Shown: piece by piece, positions 12,320 to 23,850 of the stretch
How the letters are laid out: the number at the start of each line of letters is the position of its first letter
How positions within the stretch are numbered: the first letter of the stretch is position 1
Source of the DNA: Octopus bimaculoides
Taxonomy: Eukaryota
Direction: 5' to 3'
NCBI RefSeq assembly: GCF_001194135.2
Contig: NC_068983.1
Span: forward strand, 27,153,108-27,207,663
DNA length: 54,556 nucleotides
The notes under the pieces: model-generated
What the model was told of the DNA's origin: nothing
Seen by the model: the letters and a program-made list of their open reading frames with translations, nothing else
Databases searched by the model: none
Position numbers and translations under genes: made by a program

Positions 12320-12366
12320 ACAAGTAATAAGGAAGTGCACTCTAAGAGTGATGGCGATAAATTGTA

Positions 12367-12495
12367 GGGGGACTGCAGCAACGTGAAAATGAAGTGTTTT
12401 GCTCAAGAGCACAATGAAGCATCCTGTCTCGTAATAGAACGCACGATCTAGTGATCGTGAATGCAACTGTCTACGCACTAGGCCACACGCCTCCA
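12367..12495 (-). mobile_element. tRNA-derived SINE 5'/CORE-like fragment
   Basis: Reverse complement reads ggcgtgtggcctagtgcgtag..ttgcattcacgatcactagatcgtgcgttc..tgtgctcttgagcaaaacacttca: an A/B-box-like head plus a CORE-like 'ttgagcaa..cactt'. Confidence 0.65.
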
Positions 12496-13126
12496 GTCCT
12501 TAATGGTAGGGAAGCTTAATACTTGTAGCGATTGTGATGGCAAAAGTTGATATCTACTCTTGTATAAATATTTTGTTTCACAATACGAATAATCAGTCAA
12601 AATTTTATAACAGAAGGTGGATGGCAGTTACACAACGGCGTCTGGAAATTACAATTAAATATTCATTGCTATTCTTTTACATACAGCAAAGTAAAGTTAT
12701 CTTTTTATATTTCCTTAATCCAATATAAACAGCAGTTATCATGGAATAGTTCCCTAACATTTGATTAAACCTTCCTTTAACATTTGTCCCTGTGCATGTG
12801 TTCGATATAGATAATAGCATGTAATTTAGAATATTTTAGATCAGTATGACGAAAATTATACTGTCCTGCCGCGAATGCAATACGTTTTTAAAGTACCAGT
12901 GACCTTAATACGTTTTCGTTACGTAGTAACATTGGTAGAAATTTGTGAAGAAGTAAATTTAATAATATTAATCTCAGTAATTGAATGGAACTTATTTTGT
13001 CGACGTTCTATTTTCGGAAGGATACGAAAATGTAATGCAAGACATTTATGTTGATGCACTCACAATACTGCCAAGGCAACACCCCATCTTATACCATTGT
13101 TAATAACAAAAACTAATGTCGATTGC

Positions 13127-13209
13127 ATCATTTAAGCTTAATACAGGGTCATGATATCAACTGATATTCATTATTTAAGCTTAATACATGGTCATGATAT
13201 CAACTGATA
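13127..13209. repeat. 43-bp-period tandem duplication
   Basis: Direct: tttaagcttaataca.ggtcatgatatcaactgata at 13131 and 13174. Confidence 0.92.
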
Positions 13210-14435
13210 GGGAATATATAATGTTATGGAACATATTGTAGTTCCGTACAAAATTCTGATACTAGCCTATAAGTTATTGAAAAGAACTACTACCCATATG
13301 TATGTATTTGTCAAATAGTAAGTAACTGACTACATATATGTTATTCCTCATATATCATGCCTCCACAATGAAGTCTGTAACACACCTTCGGTTCTGTATA
13401 AGATACTCAAGCGAAAAGTAATGTAATAGTATGGAATTGTTTCACTCCTTCCAGTACCCAGACTGCTTCTTTTCACATGTTGTTGCTTTGTTTGTTCAAC
13501 TCACAATTTGGGATTGTATAGAAACAATCCAATACCGTGTTTTCTGTCTTGAAATAGGTGCTCTATTTTTTTTCTTTTTTTCTTTTTTTTTTTAGAAAAT
13601 GGTATATGTTTGAGTAGATACTGGAAAACTTATAGATCGAGGGACCACGAACATGCATTGCAATTGACTCTTCTTTACACCTGCAGATTCTAGTAAGCTC
13701 TAAGACCGGAGAAAGACAAATTGAACTGGAATGAAGCGTGGCAGCAGAATTTCTTTGTTGAGTGTCAATACGAATGCTCTATCTGAAAATATAAAACTAA
13801 GCAGGCTTTTATATTCACTCCCATATTTTCCAAAATTCTGAATTATGCAAAATGAAACTGCAAATTAGTGAGATACAATGGAATGCAACATTTTAGAAAA
13901 GTGTTAACATGAAAATACTTCGAGAAGATGCATCATATTTATATCGAATATTATATAAATAATTACCGTTATTTATATAATCCCAATATTTCAAATCTTC
14001 TTTATATAATACAGACCCACTAATTTGCAATTTATATAATGATGGAAAGAAAAGCATTTAGATTATATGCATAAATAAGGATATGACGTTTAATAAGCTT
14101 AAAGCAAAGCGTTTAATGACAAACGAATTTTAACGATATTTGCATTAGTTTTCAAGCGGTTTATTGCTTTAAAATTGTATAATTGGATAATTGTTCAAAA
14201 AACAATAAACCATAACAAGCTCAAAGCGTTAATGAATTTTCAATTACAACGTAACTGATTAAATGAATACACTTCTTTTGTAACAATATGTTTTAAAAAC
14301 TTGCAAATTCAAACCTGTAAGCATGTTTGTAATCAAACTCTATCTATTACTACTAATATTAGAACTAATGCTATTCTTTTCCTCTTCTTTTTCTTAAGGT
14401 TTATTCTCTTACACCTCTAGTCTTTCTATACTTAC

Positions 14436-14468
14436 TCATCATCATCATCGTCACCACCATCATCGTCG

Positions 14469-14522
<54 letters not shown>

Positions 14523-14570
14523 CCAGCAGCATCGTCCTCAGCATCATCTGCATCATTATCATTATAGTAG
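14436..14570. repeat. (CAT)n microsatellite with degenerate flanks
   Basis: Direct. Confidence 0.95.
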
Positions 14571-14597
14571 TAGCAGTAGTATTAGTAGTCTTATTCA

Positions 14598-14838
14598 GGT
14601 GGTGAGCTGACAGAATAGTTAGCACGCCAGAAAATTGGTCAGCAACATTTCGTCTGTCCTTACATTCTGAGTTCAAATTCTGCCAAGGTGACTTTGCCTG
14701 CCATTCTTCGGGATCGATGAAATAAGTACCACTTACCCAGAGGAGTCGATGTAATCGGCTAATTCCCTCACCGCAAATTTCAGGCCTTGTGTCTTCAATA
14801 GAAAGGATTATTATTATTATTATTATTATTATTATCAT
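14598..14838 (+). mobile_element. tRNA-derived SINE (family A), near full length, with (ATT)n tail
   Basis: ggtggtgagctgacagaatagttagc (A-box-like)..ttctgagttcaaattctgcc (B-box GTTCRAAT)..cgatgaaataagtacc..tttcaggccttgtg..gaaagg(att)n; a second copy lies at 32331-32485. Confidence 0.85.
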
Positions 14839-14839
14839 T

Positions 14840-15850
14840 ATCGACGACAACCTTCGCATTTTCCACTTTAAATTGTCGTAGTTGTTTCTTTTTCTTCATT
14901 TACATTGATCCTGTTGTTACAGCATGCTGTATCAATAATGATACATGTTCTTTCATTTTTATTTATCACAACACTGTCTTGTTTCCTATGTCTGGTCAGG
15001 TGATTGCACTGGATCATTATATCCCATAGGATTTTGCAGTTCTCATTTCTGGTGACTCCTTCTGGGGTTTGTTAATACCAGGTCTTTGCCCTTTGTAGGC
15101 CGTGATTTCTACAGAACTCCCAATAGATCATTCTTGCCACATTGTCATGGCGTCTTTTATGTTCGCGTTGTGCCAATTTCGGGCATTCGCTAACGATGTT
15201 CCCAACCATTTTACCCTTCTCACCACACATTCTGCATTTGTCGCAATTGGTAGTGTTGTTAATTCTGCACTTCATATAATTGGTCCTTAACTTTTGTTCC
15301 TAAGCTGTGCACATGAGTGCTTCTGTTTCTGTCTTCAGGTCACTCCTCTTCATCCATAGCCACCGGTTCTCTCTATCTGTCTTGGTGTTCACATCCCTTG
15401 CAAACTGACCGTACAGTTTTTCCTTCCGTGTTTTTTCTTTTTTTTTTTTCATGACTGATTAAATTTTTCTTTAGTTACACAATTTTCAGTTTGGTTTCCA
15501 CGTGTCTTGTGACTCTAATAGTGTTTAATAACATTTATTCACTATTACCTGTATAGGAGTGTATATCTACTCTAGCTAATCCTCGCAGACTTCCACTGAT
15601 ATTAACCCTCTTCCTCTTTCCTTTCTAGATAGGTATAATTTTGATACTCCTACCCTCGAGTGGAGTCCTTCGTTTATATTGAATTTCTTCCTAATTCAGT
15701 TTTTATCCAATCTACAAGACCTACTAAGTACCTAAGTAATGATACAGCCCAAATATTTACAGCCTTCAATAGATTCGGACCAATTTGCTTTGATTTCATT
15801 AGCTTCCTCGCCCTTCTGATGAATTCCTTTTCGTTTTAATTTCTGTAGGT
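14840..15850 (-). mobile_element. R4/Dong-type non-LTR retrotransposon, RT C-terminus, CCHC knuckle and partial RLE
   Basis: EFIRRARKLMKSK..AVNIWAVSLLRY..GLHSRVGVSKLYLSRKEE..CRMCGEKGKMVGNIVSECPKLAQREHKRRHDNVARMIYWEFC..WY..ENCKILWDIMIQC..CIIIDTAC. Confidence 0.9.
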
Positions 15851-15929
15851 AGTACCATGTCAGATTTTCAATTCTTATCTTCCCTCACTCTTCCCGTCGG
15901 TTGATAGATGTACAGAGTAATCATACAAC

Positions 15930-17668
15930 GTAGGAATGATTTGAACCCTTGTGCAGTACCATTTTCTTATGAACACAGTGTGCATGTTTGATTATATATT
16001 TCTTACATGTTACCTTGTTTGTCACTTTGGTATCAAAGGGACATACCAACTTCTTTACATATAGGCTCACAGAATAATTACCCTTGTCATTTCCTATGGC
16101 CGTTTCCCTCGTTCAGTTCGTATCATATTTCTGTAAATACGATACCCAAATCGTGGTAAATTATGCATTGAGAAAGATAGCAGCAAATCTACTATAGTTC
16201 CATTTTAGTTTAGACTTTTTGTACGGATCTCGAGCTCTCATGTACTCTATTGTATTATGCCCACATCTCTTCAGCAAATCCCATGTTTTGCTATGAAGGT
16301 CGCTTCCTCTAACCTTGTTGAGCTTTTCGTGTATTTTTTTTTCTGTCTAGCTTTACTTTGTGTGAATATCTATTTCTCTTTCCTAATCGAGAATACACAC
16401 TGCCATTACCCCAATAGTTTTTCACACCATATTCTCGGAAATTGCTTATCTGTATATTACACACTGAAACACTTCCTTCCCCTTCTCTCTTCTTCAGATA
16501 GAGTTTGTCTATATTATATTAGAGATGTAGTGCTCTCTACTCTGCTAAGAGTTTGCTCGTTCTCCAACCTATTTGCCGTAATTGTTCGTTTGCCTTGCTA
16601 GTAGTGTCTGCGCTATATCTGATATCACACTGGAGTTTTACATAGGAGGGTATTTAGTCGTTTGAGTCTTGATTTATAATGTGTCTAAACAACTTGTAGT
16701 AGTTTTCTTTTTCATTATGTTGTCCTTGAAACCAGTTCTAGTTATAGTTATAGCTCTTTTATAACTTCTTCGCTTAGAAAATTGGTTTCATCGCAGCGGC
16801 TGTATGTTCCAGTCTTTATTACTAAAGCTGTACACTTGCTTAAATCCAACACCATTTTAATGCGTTCGATGAAAAATCTAACTAAATTTACCAGTGTATC
16901 TATGTGTCTTCTCGGTTTTGCCGCAATACTTAAAGTAATCTATACATAACAAATTTGTTGTGCATACCTTATTCTTTCCAACTCTATGACTTACTTACTC
17001 GCGTTCTTAGAAAAGCTGTGATAAAAATCAGCAATAAGAACATCATAGGTGACATACTAACCCTTGGAAATACATCATTTTATTTCCACTATTTCTAAGC
17101 ATATTTCACAAGATAGGAAATTTTAGTTTTTCAAGACTTCAAACTGCTTTCAATCATACTCGTAATTTTTTGATTAATTTTAGAGAGGACTGACATTTGA
17201 GGATACCATATCACAGGCATTTTTGAAGTCGATCCAAGCTAGAGGCAGTCGAAATTATTTAATTTTGTAGTTCCTAATCATAGTTCTATCTATCAAAATT
17301 TTCTCTTTCATGTATTTGGCTTCTTGTTTGCAGTCTTTTTTTTTTCCTTAAGTTGCATGCATTTGTCTTGCAGCTTGTCGTATATCGTATATCACTTTAG
17401 AAAGTATTCCCATTAATATCTTCCATAGTATTCGGAGAGGTGATTGGGTGATAGTTTGTGATATCTGCTCCTTTGCTTTTATCTAGCATGATTCATTTCG
17501 TTCGCACCTTAGTTGAGGAGCCAGGAGAAAATCCTTGTTATATATATTTTGGTCTAACGTTTTAACTGGCATTTCTCAAGAATTCATTATATTCTTATAT
17601 CAAATCACATGTACCCCATCTGGAGCAGGAACTTTGCAGTTAGATAACTGTCTGATCTGTTTCGAGAG
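15930..17668 (-). mobile_element. R4/Dong-type non-LTR retrotransposon, older degenerate RT-to-RLE copy
   Basis: KQIRQLSNCKVPAPDGV (WKAPGPDG-like), NYHPIT (NYRPIT), LAWIDFKNACDMV (AWIDYKKAYD), DVFPRVSMSP (GIFQGDSLSP), NLLCIDYFK (LLYMDDLK), DKLYLKKREG, VCPFDTKV..KKY (RLE). Confidence 0.82.
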
Positions 17669-17673
17669 CGATG

Positions 17674-17674
<1 letters not shown>

Positions 17675-17708
<34 letters not shown>

Positions 17709-17760
17709 GGACGGACAGACAGACAGATCGTCAGACAAACAGACACACAGAGACAGACAG
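17675..17760. repeat. (CAGA)n microsatellite at the 5' end of the Dong copy
   Basis: Direct. Confidence 0.95.
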
Positions 17761-18407
17761 AGATATATACATGTATACATATAGGTATCGATAGATCCAT
17801 AGATGCATTCATATAAAGATATATCCACATATATTTATATATGATATATACTTATGTGTGTATGTATGTTTTTTTTTTTGGGGGGGGGGCGCACTTGTGA
17901 ATAATTCCCTTTCTAGGTATTTATCTATATTTAATTTTAATTGCTGTTTTATTGTTAACAATTCATAACGGCAATAATAGTAAAATTCTGAATTTCCAAA
18001 AAATTCCAATATGTTATGTGCAAAATATACGAGATTTTTTTGTAATTTCTACGTTTAAATCTCATATCTAACGATATCCGTAAAATAAAAATAAGTATAT
18101 TCATTTAAAGCTCTAGTCCATTTTATATTTTACGAGAAGTTAATTATACGCTTTAGCAGATTTTATGCCAAATAAAAATATTTTCAGTATCATAAATGAT
18201 TAGGCTACATGCGCGTGCGCACACATACACGCACTACGTACTTACAAACACATAAATACTCAATCACAGACCACGAGTCTCATACGCAGTTATGTATATA
18301 CGTGTAAATGAATACATATTGGAACGAATGCATGGATCTGTGTGTGCATGTTAGTTTATGCATATGTATGTATACATACATCCATACATGCATAACTATT
18401 TTATACA

Positions 18408-18467
<60 letters not shown>

Positions 18468-19559
18468 NNNNNNNNNNNNNNNNNNNNNNNNNNNNNNNNN
18501 NNNNNNNNNNNNNNNNNNNNNNNNNNNNNNATACATACATTCATTCATTTATGCAGAGTGAGTACATTATTTTCATATAGAAACACTTTATTCATTTTAT
18601 TGTGTTTAACAAGATCTTGAAGAATTATTTCTAGTTTTAAACTTACACTTGCATAATGGGCTGCATACTGAGAATAATTTTAAACATATTTGGCCGCATA
18701 TATTTTACTTGGATTTTTGTGTTTGTATCTTTTTCATTACCATTAAGAACACTGAAGTATCTACTTCAGTTATTTTTGTCATCTATCTTTATAATTACTT
18801 ACTTTTGGTTTACTCTGCTTTTCATTGCGACATCTTGAGAATCATTCCTTTTTAAATTAGTCCTATTATAGAAAAATGATTTATCATAGCTGTAAAGTAT
18901 TCATTTGTAAACAGTAACAATTCGCTAAACTAATTCCTTGACAAAATTCCATTTTCACTTTATCTGTTAAACTTAAACGTGGAAATTCTTGCCCTGTGCC
19001 TTTCTCAATTTCGATAAAATGAGAATATATAAATTCGTTTAGAAAAGACTAAATACTTTACTCCATTATACAGTGTGCTTTTCACTTGATTGTTATACTG
19101 TAAGCGTATATACAACGTTTGATGTGGTGAAGCATAATCCAATGAGCATATGCTAACATTCTGAAGTAGAGGAGGCGCTTCTTCATACTTAATTATCACA
19201 ATGGCTCGCTTAAAAAACTGCTGGTGCAGTTAGAACAGCTTCGGTAGAGTGGGCGCCAGTTGTTGGGCTGCGGTTTTGTGGTGTAGGTGGGAGAAGGGAA
19301 AAGCAAAATTGTATACGTACATAGATGTATGTATGCATGTATATCCGTGTGCGCGTGCGTGGTACATAAACGCGTGTGTACATAGATGCGTGTATGCGCG
19401 TGCGTGTGCGTACATGCAGTTGTGTGTACTTATATATGTTTATGTGTGAACGTGAATACACGTATGTATGTGTTTATGTGTGTATGTGTAGATGCATGTA
19501 TGTGTGTATGTGTGTGTGTTTGCGTGCACATATCACGTTTATGGAAGCGAACGTTAAGG

Positions 19560-20800
19560 GCTACATGGAATGCATAATTTTGTGACGTCACTCTGCGGTC
19601 TGCGTAGCCATGGTTGGTCAGGAACCATGCTATTAGTTGTGGGGCAGCCAGTACAAGAAGCAGCCAATTTTAAGCTGGTATATCTGGGTTCTTGGCAGCC
19701 AGTCGTTTGAAACTCACCTGAAAGAATTTCCTCTGACGGCAGAAACACAATACTTCACATTTCCTGTTGATAGACACTTCGGGTTGGCGTAGGACGTGCA
19801 GTCTTTCACAGAAGCAGAGCTGGCAGTTACGGTCTCGGAGTGAGTTGACTGGGATCCTGTTGAAGATAGTCCATTCGATATTGGAAGTTTCTTGCCTGAG
19901 GTTGTGGAGTCGCCACAGGGAAAGAAACAAAGACGTGGTATTTCGCTATACCTACAGTTAAGGGAGTGCATATACTGTATATATCTCTTCTTGAAGTCAC
20001 TTAATGTCTCAGAGTGCCATTTGACACTCTCAGAATATGTGAGTGTGGTTCTGTAGACTACAGCACATAAGAGGTTGAACTTCCTAGAGGGAGGCTGTTA
20101 GGATTTTCTGAAGTTACCTGTATGAGCTGGAGGTTGTGCAGTTACATGTATGTGTCTGTTATAGCGTACAATGTTTGAAGCGATATTATCTAACCAGGGC
20201 TAGCTCACTTTGACGTGGTAAGGGTTGAACAGCTTATAGTAATTGTGGCTCTTAGTCTTAATCAACTGCAGAAAGCACTTGGTGTGCGTTGCTAGAAACG
20301 CCTAGTACAAAGAGATTTCAAACAGATAATCTTTCTCTTTCTGGTTCTTCGGGTACGTGATGAAAGTGGGTGCTCCTCCATATATGTAACTTTTCGTTAA
20401 ACCCATCCTCCTTTTAGTGGGAGCGGCCAAATGAAAGAACTCCCTATCGGCTGAAGCGTTCGATATTTGTTTGCTAAGGCCTGAGATTAGATTTCCAATC
20501 ACAGAAGAGTTGTGATTTAACGTTTTGTGGATGTAACAATTTCCTCGTTAGGCTTCCTTCAAGGGCACTCCTAGCCTGATTTCAGGTCTAGGATCGTATC
20601 TAGGAACTCAATTGTGTTTAAGTTGGTGGAAATTGTTATAAACAGGCTAAATCCCTTGAATATTTCTATTAGGTCCTTCCGACACAGCGTAGCCGTTCAT
20701 ACGGATTGAGAATGCCATTCTGTTTGGTTCCTAAATATATGGGATGTGACAAATATCGTCTAATCGTGTGGATAGCGTTAGTGTGCATCATGAATTAAAC
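19560..20800 (-). mobile_element. Penelope-like element, RT C-terminus, thumb and GIY-YIG endonuclease (degenerate)
   Basis: RKDLIEIFKGFSLFITISTNLNTIEFLDTILDLKSG..RKPNE..LSKQISNAS..KCFLQLIKTKSHNYYKLFNPYHVKVS..DNIASNI..TCNC..VVYRTTL..DFKKRYIQY..LWRLHN..IEWTI..RNCQLCFCERLHVL..INRKCEVLCFCR; motifs are in PLE ORF order. Confidence 0.9.
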
Positions 20801-21147
20801 CCGCGGAACTTTCTCGCTAGCTTTAAAATACATATTTATTTTAAACACAGCACACCCATAAGTGTTGTTGTATTTCAACAAATACTACAGTAAATTGCGT
20901 TTCAATAATGCTTCTATCGCATATAAAATTTGCAATAGATGTTACATATGCTTTCGGTTTTCTATGTAGAGGAGTGAAGAAATTTCGTAAGCAAGCGGTT
21001 GCTTGAGGGTGTACCCCATTGATAAAGGACAATGATGTCGAAATAAATATGGCGTTTCCATTAGCTGGTGATGGGATTTTCTTAGTCACCATACGTATAT
21101 ATATATATACATATATAAATGTGTGTGTGTGTGTGTGTGTTTATGTA

Positions 21148-21165
21148 TATAGATANNNNNNNNNN

Positions 21166-21222
<57 letters not shown>
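21148..21222. repeat. (GATA)n microsatellite spanning a 10-N gap
   Basis: Direct. Confidence 0.95.
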
Positions 21223-21223
<1 letters not shown>

Positions 21224-23539
21224 GATATTTGTAATTGGCTGCTTAGTTTCACCGGTGACATTTTGAAGTGTTACCTGAAAGGAATCTTTATGGCATTACA
21301 CAATGTCTGATTACAAACCTTCATCAGTACATATGTAACTGGTTGTGGTGAATGTCCATTTCGGGTTTTCTTTACTGGACAGTAAATCAGTGCGAACGTT
21401 TTGACTGCTTAACAATAATCAAATCAGTGATGGGTTCCATTCACTTTATTCAAAAGACAGTTTGGTTCTTATTAAAAGCTTGAGTAGTTTCCTTAAATGC
21501 TTCTCAGTAATGGATGTTAAGAAGGTCTCTCGGAATTTAGCGTTAATTGGATTGCTAAATGCATTCATCATGTTTCAAAAGCTCGATGCTAATTGATTTT
21601 CTAATTGCGGATTTGAAATGTCAACATATGCCACTTCAAGCAAACGTAGGATACAAGACTCAAAGAAGTCGTTTCTATTGTTATACGATTGTATATTATC
21701 AACGGTCATGATCCCTTTATCATAGCCAACCTTTATAGCATCGTCAATATTTCAATTGAAGCAATAATTGCCCTGTTATTTAAAGTCAACTGACTGGTTG
21801 TATGAATCTATGATCAAATATTTTAGCAAAATGAGTTTGTATCCATCGCGGAAATAAATTTGTTTCCTGTGAAAGTATTACCAACCTGAAAATAGAATGT
21901 TAACCTTGAAAATCTTCTTTTCATCTATTCATCGACTGTAATATTTTCTCCATTTCAATCTCCATAGAAATAAGGTTATACCTCAAGTACGAAAGGTTTG
22001 TAAATGAGGCTCATGTATATATACAAACTAGCTACTGATAAACAAGTGAAAGCAAAACTTTTATAATACTTTTATATACGTATATGATACGTTTATATGT
22101 AAACCTAAATTATTGTATAATATGGATACATCCTTTTAGTGAATGGAATTGTATAAAATATTACCAGTGGCTCCACATGTCATCGAATATAACAAATGCG
22201 TTGCAAAATCCAAATGAATTTGTTTTACAATCAGGCGAAATTCTTAAAAAAGAAAAAAAATATTTCATGGAGAATTACTTTCGCTGCTTGCGACTTGACT
22301 GCTTCTTGCATTTTTTAAGCACAATCATGAGCTGCAAGGAGAATCGCTAAAATATCAGACGGAGAATTTTTAATCAATTCCTGAATATATATAACAGCAA
22401 GACACTAATTTATTGTTCCTAGAATTTAAAATGTTATCTCTGTGACGTCTGTATGGATTTGGAGTTTGACAAGAGGCCAAGGCTAATTTCGAAATGGTTG
22501 GGTCGAACACGTTGATAACAACTGACAATGAAACCAACCAGTCATAAAAATAATTAGGAACACTTAAGTGTATAGCTTTAGGTAACACAGGTAAGTAAAT
22601 TTTAGGTTAACCGAATTAATTTGAAACAGTATCTAATACATGAGCAATAATTATCTTGAAAAGTTAGTTAACTCGATAAATAAGTTGAATGTAATTAAAT
22701 CCTTACACCATCTGGCACGAAACTATAGCTTGAGCATGGTAAACGATACATACTATTAATAAAATTGTTGAACACAAAACCCGTACGCTAATGATAAAAT
22801 TTAGACAAAAGCAATATACAAAGCATTTATATACACACACACACAGAGAGAGAGACACACACACACACACACACATACAGAGAGATATATAAAGAGAGAG
22901 TAAGAGAGAGATAGAAAGAGAAAGAGAGAGTAAGAGAGAGATAGAAAGAGAAAGAGAGGGCAGCGACAGAGGCAGAGACAGATTGTCGGCATGAGGAGAC
23001 CTCAAAGCAGCGTGAGACAGAATATAATTTAATACTATTCAACGAGGCATTTGATCAGCAAATAGTTGAAACGACATTCTACTACAAGACTTCGCTAAAA
23101 ATAGACAAAACAAAATTTGTTTTCAATATTAACTGAAACAAAAGTAGCTACTCACCCAATAAATTCAATCATGTCCTCGAAATCAATGAATATGCTTTGA
23201 AGAAAGGACAAACGCAATCAAAGTAATAAAACAAAACTGAGAGTAGTAATCCACAGCACACAATTCCAATAAAAGCATTAAAAAATGAACAAGCTCGTGA
23301 GCAAACAAAATAGGACACATCAGTACTTATCACTAATTACCACATCTGAAAGAAACGCAATGATTAATGATAACAGTTCAGGATAAGCGTCTTCAAACTA
23401 GTTATCGCTAAATATTTATTCTGAAGCACAATATCAAACCGAAAAGATGCATGCGTGGGCGGCAGGTTGGCATGTTAGGCATATGATAGCTAGATGAAGC
23501 ACATCCTTCATTCACACAAGGGTGCATCATAATTTTTAG

Positions 23540-23850
23540 AATATATAGGAGGCCATGTCAGACTTTATACTTGCATTCATTGGAAAATATATAGGATGGA
23601 CGACCTAGATGTAACAAAACGGTATCATGATGTTCCCGGGGTCATATTAGAAAATTAAAGTGATGTAACTCTCAGTTATGAAAAATTTCACACAAAGAAG
23701 ATTTTCAAAGCGAGCCTGCTGGATATCATTGTCAAAGACGACATATCAATGCCTTGTACAGTAATCGGCGTGGCTTCTTCAAATTAGAATAACATGACAG
23801 TAAAGGTAAATGAAAATCGTTCGAAATATGGAAGCTAGAAGAAATAAAAG
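23540..23850 (+). mobile_element. Degenerate R4/Dong RLE fragment
   Basis: IHWKI..YHDVPGVILEN..KASLLDIIVKDD..CTVIGVASSN*NNMTVKVNENRSKYG resembles ANRPDIV.KD..C..IDVA.P.D.N...K..EK.SKY. Confidence 0.55.

Noticed and set aside
21305-21335. Minus-strand CTGATGA..aggtttgtaatc
   Set aside because: No GAAA box follows.
22421-22590. Plus-strand exon-like segment starting NLKCYLCDVC (three-finger-like) and ending cag|GTAAGT
   Set aside because: All three frames contain stops, and the Cys pattern does not continue.
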